NCBI RefSeq assembly: GCF_000143415.4
Contig: NW_003314341.1
Location: forward strand, 234,004-298,003
DNA from: Selaginella moellendorffii
Taxonomy: Eukaryota > Plantae > Lycopodiophyta
Direction: 5' to 3'
Length of the DNA stretch: 64,000 nt
The translations under genes were made by a program, and so were the position numbers. Of this stretch, positions 37,538-49,808 are shown one piece after another; the first letter of the stretch is position 1, and each line of letters begins with the position of its first letter. Below the pieces are notes generated by a model. It saw only the letters and a list, made by a program, of their open reading frames with translations, was not told the DNA's origin and ran no database searches.

Positions 37538-39249
37538 TTTTCCCTGCTGTTCTTGTGGAGCTCAACACTTCAAATTCGCTCGCTGCTGCCAAGATCAGCT
37601 ATCAGCACCTGGGAAGATCAAGATGAGAGGAATGCATCACAAAAAAAAAAGAAAAAAAAGAAAAACTCGATCACGATGAAGATGGAGAAAAAAGCTGGCT
37701 GCCTGGAAAAGTTTATGGCCTATCCAAGACTGGAAGGTTGGCTTCTCAAGAACGCAACCTGGTGAGAGTGATGTTTGTGATGATAGATCACTCGCTCGGG
37801 TCCCTGCTTGACTTTGTCGAGATCAAAGGATAGGAAAATCTAGAGCAACGCAAGCAAGCGCGAAGCATCAGGCATGCATACCAACGCACTAGTCACATCG
37901 GGTTTTAATTCAGGGGCTATAATGCATTGCGATCCACGAGGCAGCGAGCAAATCGAAGAAGCGGGGAGAGGAGATGCAACGTCGCAAAGATCAGATCAGA
38001 GAAGAGAAGAAAGAGATGGGGAAGAATGTAGCTATGTACATTTGCACGACTAGATTTTTATTTTTCCCCTGTGCTCTCTCCTCTAGGCAGGCAGCGCTGC
38101 GAAGTTATGAGAAAGGAAGATCGCCTGACCTCGAGAATCTGGAAGAAGGAGCTGGTGGGTACTAGCAATGGCGCCCGGGCAGGACGATCCATGAGATCAC
38201 GCGGTCGCCCAAGTGAGAATTGATCGAGGAAAGAGGACCCAAATCGGTGGTTTCCTCTCAAGAGAAACGGGGAGGGAGGAGGAAGAAAAAACCCTCTTTC
38301 TCGCTGCTGTTCTTGGTCAGGCAAGGCAATGGCGAGGCAATCAATATGAAAGAGAAGAAGGAACCAACGGAAGGAAGGAAGAGTGAATGAATGCTGTCCA
38401 AGCAAAACACCACCTCTCTCACCCTGTGCGCGCGCGCTGCTGCGGTACTGCTCACTCACAAACAATCTCTGGCGCTGCAATTGCCGAACAGTTGTGCTGC
38501 TCCCTCTGTCGATCGATCCAAGAGAGAAAAGCGGGGCTGGATTCTTCCGCGGAGGCAAACAAGCACCCACAGCCAAAGAGGAGAGAGAGAGAGGGGACCG
38601 CTTCCTCTCCTTTCTCCTTTGGTTGGAGGAGCTACCACAAGTGGCAATTTGGATTGAATGGCGAAAGAGCCGCGCTGGGCTTTGCTGGCTTGGCTTGGCT
38701 ATGGTGTGGCTTCTTCCACTCTACTCGAGCTTCCTCGTCGTCATCGTGTCGCCCAAAAGCCACAGAAACAGGACGTTCCACCACCCAGCTCTTTTTGCCA
38801 GGATCCCAAGCTTTGCGAGCGCACCATGGATTAGAATCGTTGCGATGCTTTGCGTGAGATTGGGGATCGCATCACACCACCACCACCACCACCGCTCTGG
38901 CCAGCGAGAGAGAGCAAACTCTCACTCTAAAACTATTAAGCTAGTTTCCTTCTAGGGAGCCTACGGCAGCACACGGCCACATTCTATTTTCTGGCCCCCA
39001 CCGGAGAGGCCGTACGGTGTTTGGTGCCACCCAGCCAGCACCATCACCAGCGCCACCACCCCCACCCCTCACGGGACGGGAAAACGAAACGCACAGACTT
39101 GGTGCCGCCATCTTTTGCCCGGATTTCTTCCGTTAAATGGAAACCCGCCACGTCTTCCGGCGACGTTCCCATCGCAAAATAAGTGCGTCAACTTCGCGCA
39201 ACCAATGCCAAATGTGTGCGTGTGTCATGTCCGGATTTAAAAGGCGAGG

Positions 39250-39500
39250 AATATCCTTCACCGGCAAAGAATATACCGGTAACAGGAGCATATTCTGCTG
39301 CCCGTCAGAATATTCTTTTCACGTTGGCGGCGCTTGCCGGCCGAGCATATTCTGTTGGCTGGCGGAATATGCTCGTTTCTCTCGGAGGCATATTCTTCAC
39401 CGACCGTAACAGGAGCATATTCTGCTGCCCGGCAAATTATTCTTTTCACGCCCCTAGGTTACCGCGTATTCTGTTGGCTGGCGGAATATGCTCGTTTCTC
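39250..39500. repeat. Array of ATATTC-N12-GAATAT-type inverted repeats in a ~125-bp higher-order duplication
   Basis: For example GAGCATATTC-tgttggctggcg-GAATATGCTC at ~39343, with related units at ~39251, 39288, 39388, 39412 and 39466. Confidence 0.8.
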
Positions 39501-40933
39501 TGCCGGGAATGATTCTGTGCAGGCTCTGCGAGAGCGAAACAAGCAAGCTCCCACTCGTTTTCGTCCCGCTCTCACGCGCGGTACTCATGCCCGCCAGGCG
39601 CAAAAGCCACAGAAATTCTATGATAGGAGGGGGTAAGGATTCCGGAAATTTGGGTCAGGGTGGTGGCAGCCTTTGGCATCTTCATCTCTTTGCTTTTGCG
39701 CGGCTAGCAAAGGCATCTCTCAATCATCTGCCCTGGTGACCACCACCACTTGCATTTCCCCGAGGAGAAAAACCTCAGGAGGAGGGGAAATAGAATATGG
39801 GAAAAAACAGGGAATCAAACTGTAAGAAACTTCCTCGCCCTTGGCAGCGATCGATTGTCCTCCCTCATCTACTCGGTGGCTCGTGCTTTGTTTACGTAAA
39901 ACTTTGATTTTGCTGCTTCACATGCGCTCCAACATTTGTCAAAAAACGTTAGTTTTTTCTAGGCACTGTTTTGCTTTCGCTCAAAAACTTCCATTTCTCG
40001 CAACGACAGGAACGAGCGAATCGCTCGCAAACTCTGATTGATTCTAACCCACTGAGAAATATCCGGTGTCGCTTTCTAAGCAAGGAGGAGGGATGCAGCA
40101 GCCAGCGAGTAAACGACCAAAGCGCCGCAGAGCAAGAGTGGAAAAAAAAAGAGAGAGTCAGGCATATCATATTCATCCTTGTTGGTGCTCCAAATTTTTA
40201 AGTTTCCTCGCACAGGAATGAATGGAATGAATTCACTCTCACTCACCAGTTGTTGAATTGAATGCGCCTGGGAGGAAAAAAGGAAGAAAAACTCGATCGA
40301 TCCAACCACGCGGTTTTGATCCCCGGATTTCCCAATTGGATCCAGCCAGCCTGCAAAAACCCACGACCAGTTTGAGTATTTTTTCGCAGACTTCGAATTT
40401 TTACCAGCTTTTTATTCCTTCCTTGTTGCTGCTGTCGCCTCTGGCTGCTGCATTGCCTCTCTGGAATCCACCCGAGCCGAGCCAACCAATTCTTTCATAG
40501 CTCGATCTCCTTTTCTTCTTCTTCCTGGCAGGGAGAAAAAAAAAAAAGTTCCAATCTCTTGCTGTAAGTTCGTGATATCTCGCTGCCACCACCACCTCCA
40601 CCACCACCACGATTCGGAAAAACTCAAGACTAAACAAGCGCGGCTCAAGGAAAGCCTGGAGCCCTGCAAAAAGCAAAAGGAGCTCTCGCTCCCCTCGCTT
40701 TCACTCGAGAGTACCTCGTCGTGTCCAGCAGTCGGAATCAAACAGGAAGCTTACTTTTCTTTTTCTTCTCCTCTCAAATCCGATGTTGGTCGTGTCTAAA
40801 GCCTGGCCCGCAACTGTGATGGAATGAATCAATGCGTGAAAATCTCAGGCACAACCAGCAGCAAGGAGCTATGATTGCCGTGAACGGACACAGAAGATAA
40901 AAAAAGGAGAAAAGAGAGAAGCCACTTACGTGC

Positions 40934-43579
40934 TTAGTATGACATTTCTTTCTCGATCTCGCTCCGGATCAGTGGCACAAGAGAGCCTCGTGAATCCAAT
41001 TCTTTAGCGAGACGGTGCGTGTTCACGCTGTGAACTTTGACAGTCACCTGCAAAGGAAAAAAAAAAAACCACAAAAAAGCATTTTTTTAATGTTGTAAGT
41101 TGTGAGATTGATCAGAGTGGAAGCTACCATGACCTTGGTGTCGGGTAGAATCCTTGCTTGAGCGCAATCGTGTGACCAGCTTCCACAGTGGACGGAGATA
41201 TCCGCATTTGACTCACGGACGGCGTCGAGCAGCGTTTGCTTGTACTGCTCCAGCCACGATGCATCTTTCCCTGGTCTGATGGAGGATGACTCCAGATCCA
41301 CCTGCAAGGAAGTGACAGCCATCATCAATGCGAGAAAGATTGAGAAACGAAAAAAACAGAGAAGAAAAGGAATGAAAACTAGTACAGTTTTTTCTTATTA
41401 CCTGGGGGCAAAAGGCCAGAACTGAAGTAGCCAGCCGTGAGAAGCGCAATGCTGCTGTTGCTCCCATAGAATCTCCCAGCATGACGACTCGCTTGTAGCT
41501 TTCCACTGCAGCTTCCAGTTCTCGCTTGTAATAGCTTCCAAGTTGGTGCTCCTGCCGCGAGTTAACAATGCTGGTCAGCTCCACGACTTGTTCCTTGTTT
41601 TGAGTGTACCAAGATCGCCAGCTATCAACAACATATAATATGTCGAAAGCTGGAGTCACTCCACTGGCTTCCATTTCTTTTTTGACTCTGCTCAGCAATC
41701 CTCCCCTTGAGAAAGGAAAAACAAAAGGAATGTGTAAGGAATGAGAACTTCTCATTTGTAAAGAACAAGCCAAGACTGACGCGTTTTACCAGTTGGGAAC
41801 ACCCGGAGCGCTTCCAAATGCTACAACTAGAACAGTCGCTTCCTTCCAATTTGGATTTCTCGCATTGTATCTGTGAAGCTGATGCAGCAACTTATTGTAA
41901 AGCGAGAAAAATATTTTTGTAGCCATCTACCTTGAAGTAGCCACCGTCAGACACAGCGTCTCCGGTTCCAGCAACATCTGATACGCTTAAAACTTCTAGG
42001 AGCTTGGAAGAGATTTGATCTGGCAATTTCTACAACTCCACAAACATGTGAGACTTTAAGATTGGTGGCGGGTCTAGATGCTGTTCTTACCACATCTGAG
42101 CTTACACCAAACGCCTTCATACCATCTGGCAGGTGACACAAGGATTCAGCCTGAAAGGGATTTCCCTGAGAAAGGGAAACAATAAAACTCTTGGTGAAAA
42201 CAAATATATGCCTTGAAAACCAAACCTCTAGCCAGAGATTGCGAAGAGATTTCAAATCCTGGAGCGCTGGAGGAAGGTGATGAAGATTGTTTCCATACCT
42301 TCACAGCTAGGCAATAAGAGAAAAGTATTGGAATAGAAGATGGATGGCTGCTTACAGTGATAAAGACTCCAAAGCTTGTAGATATCCTATAGATCTGGGC
42401 AAGGATTGAAGCTGGTTGTCCGCAATGCAGAGCTGTTTCAAAGATACCAGCCCGTCTAAAGTTGATGGCAAGCTTTCCAAGCTGTTCCCCTGCAGCATGA
42501 TATGCTATTTCAGCACGAAGCTTTATCTTTTGCATCGTCTGGACAAGGATAAAAGAAAGAGAACGAAGATGTCAACGAGTATAGCACAGGATTAGAGACC
42601 TTACTTGTAACCACAGCTCTTGCAACGATGGAAGGCTTCCAATGCTTGAGGGAAGATGGAAAAGGAGGTTGCCAAATACTGCCAAAATTCGCAACGCGCA
42701 CAAAGATCCAATACCTGTTTACAAGTTTTGAAACTTTTCTCTTATTGCATTCCAAATGGTACCAGAAGGTAGCTCGATGAGATTGTTGCCAGCCACCGAA
42801 AGAACCTTGCAAAATCAATAAAGAAGTTGCTTAAACATTGGTTTGTTCATCGAATCCAAAGCCTACCTCGAGGCTCTTAAGACCGGAAAGCGTTTCTGGA
42901 AGAATGGCCAGCTGATTACCGGCGAGTGCTAGAAACCGGAGCTGCTCGAGTTTGCCTATCTGTAAACCACAAGGAAGTTCTATGATTATTCCAACCATGC
43001 TGAAAGCATACTTGTGGAGGAAGAGCGTGAAGAAGATTCCCATGGACCCATAATCCTTGCAAGTGCGTCAAGGTGCCTATACTTTCTGGCAAAGTACGCA
43101 GAGAATTTCCGGCAAGTCCCAGTCTTTGAAGCTGGAAGAACATACTTTAGTGAAAATGCTATGAACTGTGAGACCGCAACTTCCGATCAACTTACGTTTT
43201 TGAGCTTGTAAATCTCCTCGGGAAGATTGGTAATGCGGTTGCCTGCGACCGAAAGATCGACAAGCTCCGAGAGACCAAAGACCTGCGCTGGTATTTCTTC
43301 GAGACCTGAGAGGGAAGAAAAACTCTATACAAAATCAGCTTGCTTGGAACTTGCATTCTTACCACAATCGCTCAAGTCGAGCCTTCCAGTGCTAGCTGCT
43401 ACAGAGATGCGAGCCTCCAAATCTATCATACTCTTTTCTTCGCAAGGGAAGAACAAAGGAAAAAAGAAACCTTTACCCGAGGAGATTGGTGGTGCTGGCA
43501 AAACCGAGCAATGGGTTATGGTGGAGCATCGGGACGAACACGAATGGCCCACTGGCGCATTCAGCAACAACGGAGCCAT
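40934..43579 (-). CDS. LRR protein with C-terminal alpha/beta-hydrolase-like domain, probable plastid transit peptide
   Basis: LRRs (LDLSDC, LGLAGNSLRTLPESIG, LALAGNQL). VVMLGDSMGATAAL (GxSxG), LAFCPQ, C-terminal NTHRL. Confidence 0.75.
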
Positions 43580-43667
43580 AGCTATCGCAAGGAAAGAAAA
43601 AAGAAAAGATTTTGTTGACAAAATGGTGTTAAGTCGACTTGGTCGCTAAAACTATCGGTGAGATCAC

Positions 43668-45540
43668 TCAATTGTCTATGCGCTTCCTCTTGCGGTTTTC
43701 ATCTTCGGACCTTCGAGGAGCCTCGTCTTCGCTCAGTTCACCACTCGCCTCTTTCTCGCTCGGCCTCCACATTTGCTGGAGCAGCGGTGCTGGTGGAAGT
43801 GGTGGTAGAAACATCGGTGGCCGTCCATATCCCATGAAAGCGGCTGGAAACGGTGGTGGCAGCGCTCCAAAACGTCCCATCTCCAGCGTCTCGTGGTGTT
43901 CTTCAGCGTCGGGAGGAGCTTCTTCGCGCTCGGCCTCAGACTCGTTCGCAACAGCCTGTGGAAAGAAAGAAGATCAAAACGAAGTCCGCCTAGAAAAGAA
44001 TTTGCAAACCATGAGATTGCTGTCGAGTTCCAGATAGAGGAGCTCTGCAAGCTCTTGTCCAACAGATGGTTCGACCTCTTGGCAGTCTCGACTTATCTGT
44101 TCAAGGAGAAAGAGTTTCACAAATAGCTGAAAGCATGAACGTAAACCTTGACTGGGAGATTCTCGTTGTATGGATTGTGCAAGTGTCTCGTCTTGTGGAA
44201 GGATAGCTCGCACAACTAAAACAAAAACAAATCGAGTCAGTCGAGGAAAGAAGAAAGAAAAGAGAAAAGAACTCGCCTTGAGCCACTTGAGACGAAAGTT
44301 TCGACCATAGCTGCCCATCCCGTGCGATTGCTTCCATCCCGCAGTTCCATGAGCAGCACCTCCGGCTTTGGACATCATCCTGGCACACCCCTGTGAGCAG
44401 CAAAGCCGGAGAAGAAACACACAACAAAGCTTGTGTTGATTTCTCAAAGAGACGAATGGATCATGAAAAAGAGATGGAAAAAAAGTCGACAAAGAACTTA
44501 CTTGAAAATGACGAGTTTCATTAACTGAGAAAATAAGAATCACATGTTCACAAGATTCAAGAGCTTCGTTGAGCTTTGCCTCGTTATTTCTATGCGTAGC
44601 CCACACCCCGCGTCGAACGGACAGCTCAAGGTTCTCTCGATTGCTACTCTTAACTATGAAATACCTGCTTTGAGCTGCAAACTCTCAGTATCACAGCAGC
44701 TTGGTTTTTTCTTTGCGTTTTTGTTAAAGTTACCTCGAGAAGCCATACGGGAGTGGATTCGAGGCCGACATCATCTTTCGAGGCTTCCCTCCATTCGGTC
44801 CTCCATTTTGATGATCGTAGCCTCCTTGTTGCTGCATCATCGGAGGACGAAGAGGGGGCGTGTCCGAATTCATGTGTTGCTGCTGCTGCTTTTGATGGGG
44901 CTGATACCGAAACTTTGACAAGTGTTGCTCCACCGGAGGTGGCGGCCCGGGCAGCTTCTCGTGTCGATACCGACACTCTGGTCCATTGGGACAGAATCCA
45001 AGCTTGTACCTGTGGACAAACAAGGCAAACAAAACCAATTAAGATACAAACATGAACGACAAAAACTTGCTCTGGGAAGAACTTCTTCTAAGCTATAGCG
45101 ACATGAAAACAAAACAATGGACTAAGCTATAGCGACATGAAAACTAAACACCTGGGAGCTACAAAGGAAAAGAAATGAGAGCTTACTTACATGTTGCATT
45201 CTTTGATGTCCTCGGTGCTGTGCTTGTAGATACAATCCGGCTCTCTACACTCCCCAAACCTCGCAAAAAATCGGCACAGCGGCATTCTCGACTTGTCATA
45301 CTGGTGGAGGAAGCCGCAATCGTTCCCTTTCATGCACAATCCCCTCAGCCAGTGCCGGCACACCGTCTGCCTGAAGCTACGCCTGACCGGACCGCGCGGC
45401 GCCATCGACATCCCCTGCCCCTGCACAGCGCCGCCTCCAAGGCCGCCCATGGCCTGCGGAGGCGGCGCTTGGCCGCTCGCCGCCGTGACAGCATCCAATC
45501 CTCCCTCGAAATCGAAATTGAGGCCTCCATCGTCGTCCAT
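43668..45540 (-). CDS. CPSF30: CPSF30 (CCCH zinc fingers + YTH domain)
   Basis: RQTVCRHWLRGLCMKG..CGFLHQYDKSRMP; YTH WATHRNNEAKLN, FSVNETRHFQG, SRDCQE. Confidence 0.95.
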
Positions 45541-45646
45541 CCCCCGCAAACCCTAGCCAGAGTTTAGGGTTCTTTGAAAGTGTATATTCCATGGGGCTTT
45601 CATGACGTTGTGAGGGTTTCGTCGTTTAGGGTTCCTTGGCGCGGCC

Positions 45647-48600
45647 ATGACGGCATCGGCCGGCATTTCTGCCGGCGCTGCCGCCCGTGTGGAATGCCGC
45701 TGCTGTCCATGCGCGTCGTCGCTCAGGTAATCCACTCGCATTGTCGATTCTCTTGTGTCGCCGCATTGTGATCGATCGTGCGATTCGATTGCCAGCAGCA
45801 GCAGCGGGGATTGCCGAGTGAAGCTTTCAGCTGTGAGAAGTAAGTAGTAGTAATGAGCGTGATGCGCTGAGCTCCAGCTGTTTGAAATCCAGAGAGAAGG
45901 CTGCAAAAGGCGATTTTTTTGTGCGGAAAGAAGCAGCTAACGCGCCAGCCAGCAGGAGCTTCTCTCTTGCCCGACTCAAGCTGGTTTTTCCAAGAGAAAC
46001 GGAAGAACACAGACCTCCCAGTGACGCAGTTTGTGCAGTGTGCATTGTTTGAGGTACTTATGGCTAGCATTTTGTTTCCTTTCTCAATGTGTGTGTTGCA
46101 GGCAGTGGTGATTGAAATGACTATGCGTTTCTCGTGGAAGCATCTGTCGGGTGCTTTGCGAGACTTTGAGTTGTTAACGGCTGCTCGAGCGTTTCTAAAA
46201 GGCTTACACGCATGTAAGCCAGTGGGAGTTCCGGGACCAGACTTCCCTTCAAGAGCTAATTTCGCTAAGGTGGATTGGAGCAGATCACGCATCTCTTACA
46301 TGCTAGATGTCATGCTCGAAAGGCATCCCATGTCGTAAGCACTATACCATTCAACTGCAAGCATTGTAAGTTTCAAATGGCTTTAATTCTCCGGCAATCT
46401 TGTATTTTTCTTCTCTTATATTGACGAGTGCATTCGCAGATACATGTGCCTGCTTGCTATGGGATGCGTGGCTCTGACTTTGATCGGAGGGATTATTTTT
46501 AATAAGAACAGGTACTCGTGTTTTGTTTTCTAATGTTCGCGTGTTTCATTCCCGTGCTGGCAGGACTTTTAACCAAAAACTTGAAGATTCATTTTGGGAT
46601 GCTTGGGCTTGTGTTTGTGCATCAAGTATGCACCTCAAAGTGAGCAAATCGGAGAAACTTACCGTAGATTCTCTTGCTGACCATTTCGCTGCAGGAGACA
46701 ACTCGTGCTGAGAGAGCAATCGGTTTGATGCTGGCAATGTGCGGAATATTAGTTTATACACTTCTCATGGGCACGATAAATGCTCAGTTTAAAGTTCGTT
46801 GCAACAACTACTGTTTTAAAATTATTTAAGTGTTTGAATGCGTGATTTGCAGAGTCATATGGATCGGCTGAGGGAAGGTGCTCATTCTCAAGTGTATGAA
46901 GATGGACATATTGTAATTTGTGGTGCGAACAACCATCTCGTGACCGTTCTCAAACAAATTAACAAACGTCAAGCACACCACTGGCGTTCTGGAGCAGCGA
47001 GATCGAGGTATGATAGAAGCGAAACGTGTGTTTCTGTAATTTCTTTGTTTATGTGCAGAAAGCAGACAGTGTTGCTTCTCTCTGAGCGTCCACGAGCCTA
47101 CACTGATCAGCTTGTGATGAGTGTAAAAGACCAACCTCATCTTAATATTTTAACACGAAGGTATGGTTGGTTCTTTTCTTACGACTTGCGCCTAACTTGT
47201 ATGCGTTTAGTGGAAGTCTGAGCTCCACGCTGTCCTTCCTTCGAGTTGGTGCAGATAAAGCTCGCACCGTGTGTTTTCTTTCCAACAAGGATGACACGTA
47301 AGTTTTAGATAACAAGAGATATTGATGACTTCAGGTACGTTTAATGTGCAGATACGAGGCGGATGCAGAGGTTGTTCTTTCGGTGTTGGCTCTTCGGCCT
47401 TTACTTCAAGGATTTAAAGGAAATGTAATTGCAGAGGTAACAGAGAGTAAAGAACTTTCAGTTTACAATGCGTACAAGATTTTCCGTTTTGTGCAGGTCT
47501 CAAAAGCGAGCTCTGCTAATCTTTTAATGTCATTGTCGGGAACGAGAGTGCAAACCGTTCAAAATCTTTCAGCAAAGCTATTTGTACAATGTTCACGGCA
47601 ACCAGGGCTACGGGACGTATACAGACAAGTGCTCAGCTATGGGAGTAAATTCTAAACATAAAAAACCTCACAAAGTAACAGAGGTTGAATGCTTAAAGCT
47701 TTTGGAATGTTTCTGAAGAAGAAAATCTCTCTGGGCAGAGCATGTCATAAACCTCTACAAATATCCGGGACTATCAGGTTTGCACTACCAACAAGTCCGA
47801 CGAGGCTTTCCAGAGGTAATTCTAAAGTTTTCCTAATACTGGTGATTTATTGGGAACAAGCAGGCTATAATTTGTGGAATCCTTCGAGAAGGAAAGCTTG
47901 ATTTCCATCCCCATGAGGATCTTGTCGTCCGTAGCAGCGACAAGGTATAAGAAGCTTTCGTATTCTCTAATGTTGCTCATAATTTTCGACATGCTGTAGT
48001 TCCTCGTTATAGCACCGAAAGGAACTCAAAAGGAAGCTCCACATAGTCTTGTGAAGATCGCTGAGAGATATCGCAAGACCCTTAACACAATTGACAAAAT
48101 CCTATGCGACTGTAGAGGTGGACAGAAATGTCAGATTTCCACCGAACACGTACCAAAGCCACAACCAAAGGTAATAAGTAGCATTTCTCGTTTCGAGCAT
48201 CAATTTACAGCATGAAGTCTCATTGCAGGCGGCCGAGAAAGTCCTTGCTAGAAAAGAACGAATTGTTATTCTCGGGTGGCGCCCAGATGTTTGTGATATG
48301 GTTCTCGAGTACGATGATTATGTTGGTCCGGGTAGTGAATTGGTACGCATAGACCATTCATTGGTGATTTCGTTTCGAACCCTGCGTTGATGTCAGGTTA
48401 TACTAGCTGAGGCCTCCTTGGAAGAAAGGCAACTCGTAATGGACAGAAGATTTTCAAGGCCATTGCGGAACATAACGTTGACGCACAAGGTACTGGCATT
48501 TGTCCTCGGGATGCTTGCTATTACTCGTGAATTTCTGTAGTAGATTGGAAGTCCCATGAGTCGAACAGACTTGAAACTTGCTATTACAAACATTGCTCCG

Positions 48601-49526
48601 GAGTTTGGAAATGAGGATACTCCGCCTTTGTCAATCTGCGTCATTGCGGATGGCAAGTGGCACGTCGGAGGTATGGTGGTTGTGTGAAGGATGGAAATTG
48701 TCGGTTGACGCGTTTTTGCTTTACCAGGCACCCCAAAGGCAGACAAACAGTCCGCGTTTGCTCTTCTTCTCGCAGAAGCGCTATGCAGAGAGTATAAAAT
48801 CAAGGTAGGCTGCGTCCATTGGCAATGCTTTCGTTTTGGCAATGTGCTTGCTTCAGGTGACGAGTTTGGTCGCCGAGTTCGTTGACAAGAAGCTTGGAAA
48901 GCAGGTTCGCTGCACCGACTTATATGATACTATATTCTCTTTCCTATTCAGGTTGTTCAAAGCCACCCGTCTCTAAATTACATCTGTACCCACGAGTTAT
49001 CAGGGCTCGTCACTACTCAAGGTGCTCACAAGCTCTTCTGGCTCGACTCGAACTCTTGAAAGTTCTTGCTTCTTTTTCCTTCTCCAGTGTCGGAAAATTC
49101 GGATTTAAATGCGGTCTGGACGGAGCTCCTCAACTCGTGGGGGAATGAGATATATGTCCAGGTATTCATTCACCTGTCTGTTTTTTCAAGACTCTACTCA
49201 ACCTGGAAGTCATTGTGTTTCAGGATATTGGCCTTTACGCAACCACCAATGAAGCTCCCTCGTTCAACGAGCTTGTAGAGCGTGCGGTCTTGCGTGAAGA
49301 GGTAGCTATAGGATATCGGCGAGGCAACAAAGTGGTACGCCTTTTACTTGTTAGCATAGGCAGCACAATAGGGATGATTTCTTTCTTTTGTGCATTCGTT
49401 TCCTGATTCGATCTCTTGTTTGTGTTAAACCAGGTGATCAATCCCAAGTCGAAAGAAATACCACTCAGATTCAAACCGGGAGACGCACTGGTGGTAATTG
49501 CCGAGGACCAATACGGAGTGAGCTAA
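45647..49526 (+). CDS. CASTOR/POLLUX-like ion channel (plastid PEC-type), many exons
   Basis: EDSFWDAWACVCASS, LREGAHSQVYEDGHIVICG, LFVQCSRQPGL, VWTELLNSWGNEIYV, REEVAIGY, VINPKSK. Start codon uncertain. Confidence 0.85.
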
Positions 49527-49808
49527 GAGCTAAGGTGAGAACGTCCTGCCCGCGCTTTGGAAGAATATGCTTATATTTAAACGTGAGCTCCCGGATCTTG
49601 GGAGGAATAGCAAATAGACTCGAGCGCCGTCAAGACCGGCGTGTATCGAGATCTGATGGTCAGGATTGAATTTTTGTGTGGTCTCTCCAATGTTGCTCGC
49701 TGGTGTCGTCTAGCTTGGTTGCTGCAAGGTTTAAATCAATTCATCCAGTTACTTGGACTACTGATGCTTCACCTCTTTCTTTCTTTTTTCCTGTGAAGAA
49801 GATCGATC

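Noticed and set aside
39250-39500. CRISPR array
   Set aside because: Eukaryotic context, irregular period, and the spacers themselves are repeated.
45088-45147. Short tandem repeat in a CPSF30 intron
   Set aside because: Ordinary slippage duplication.
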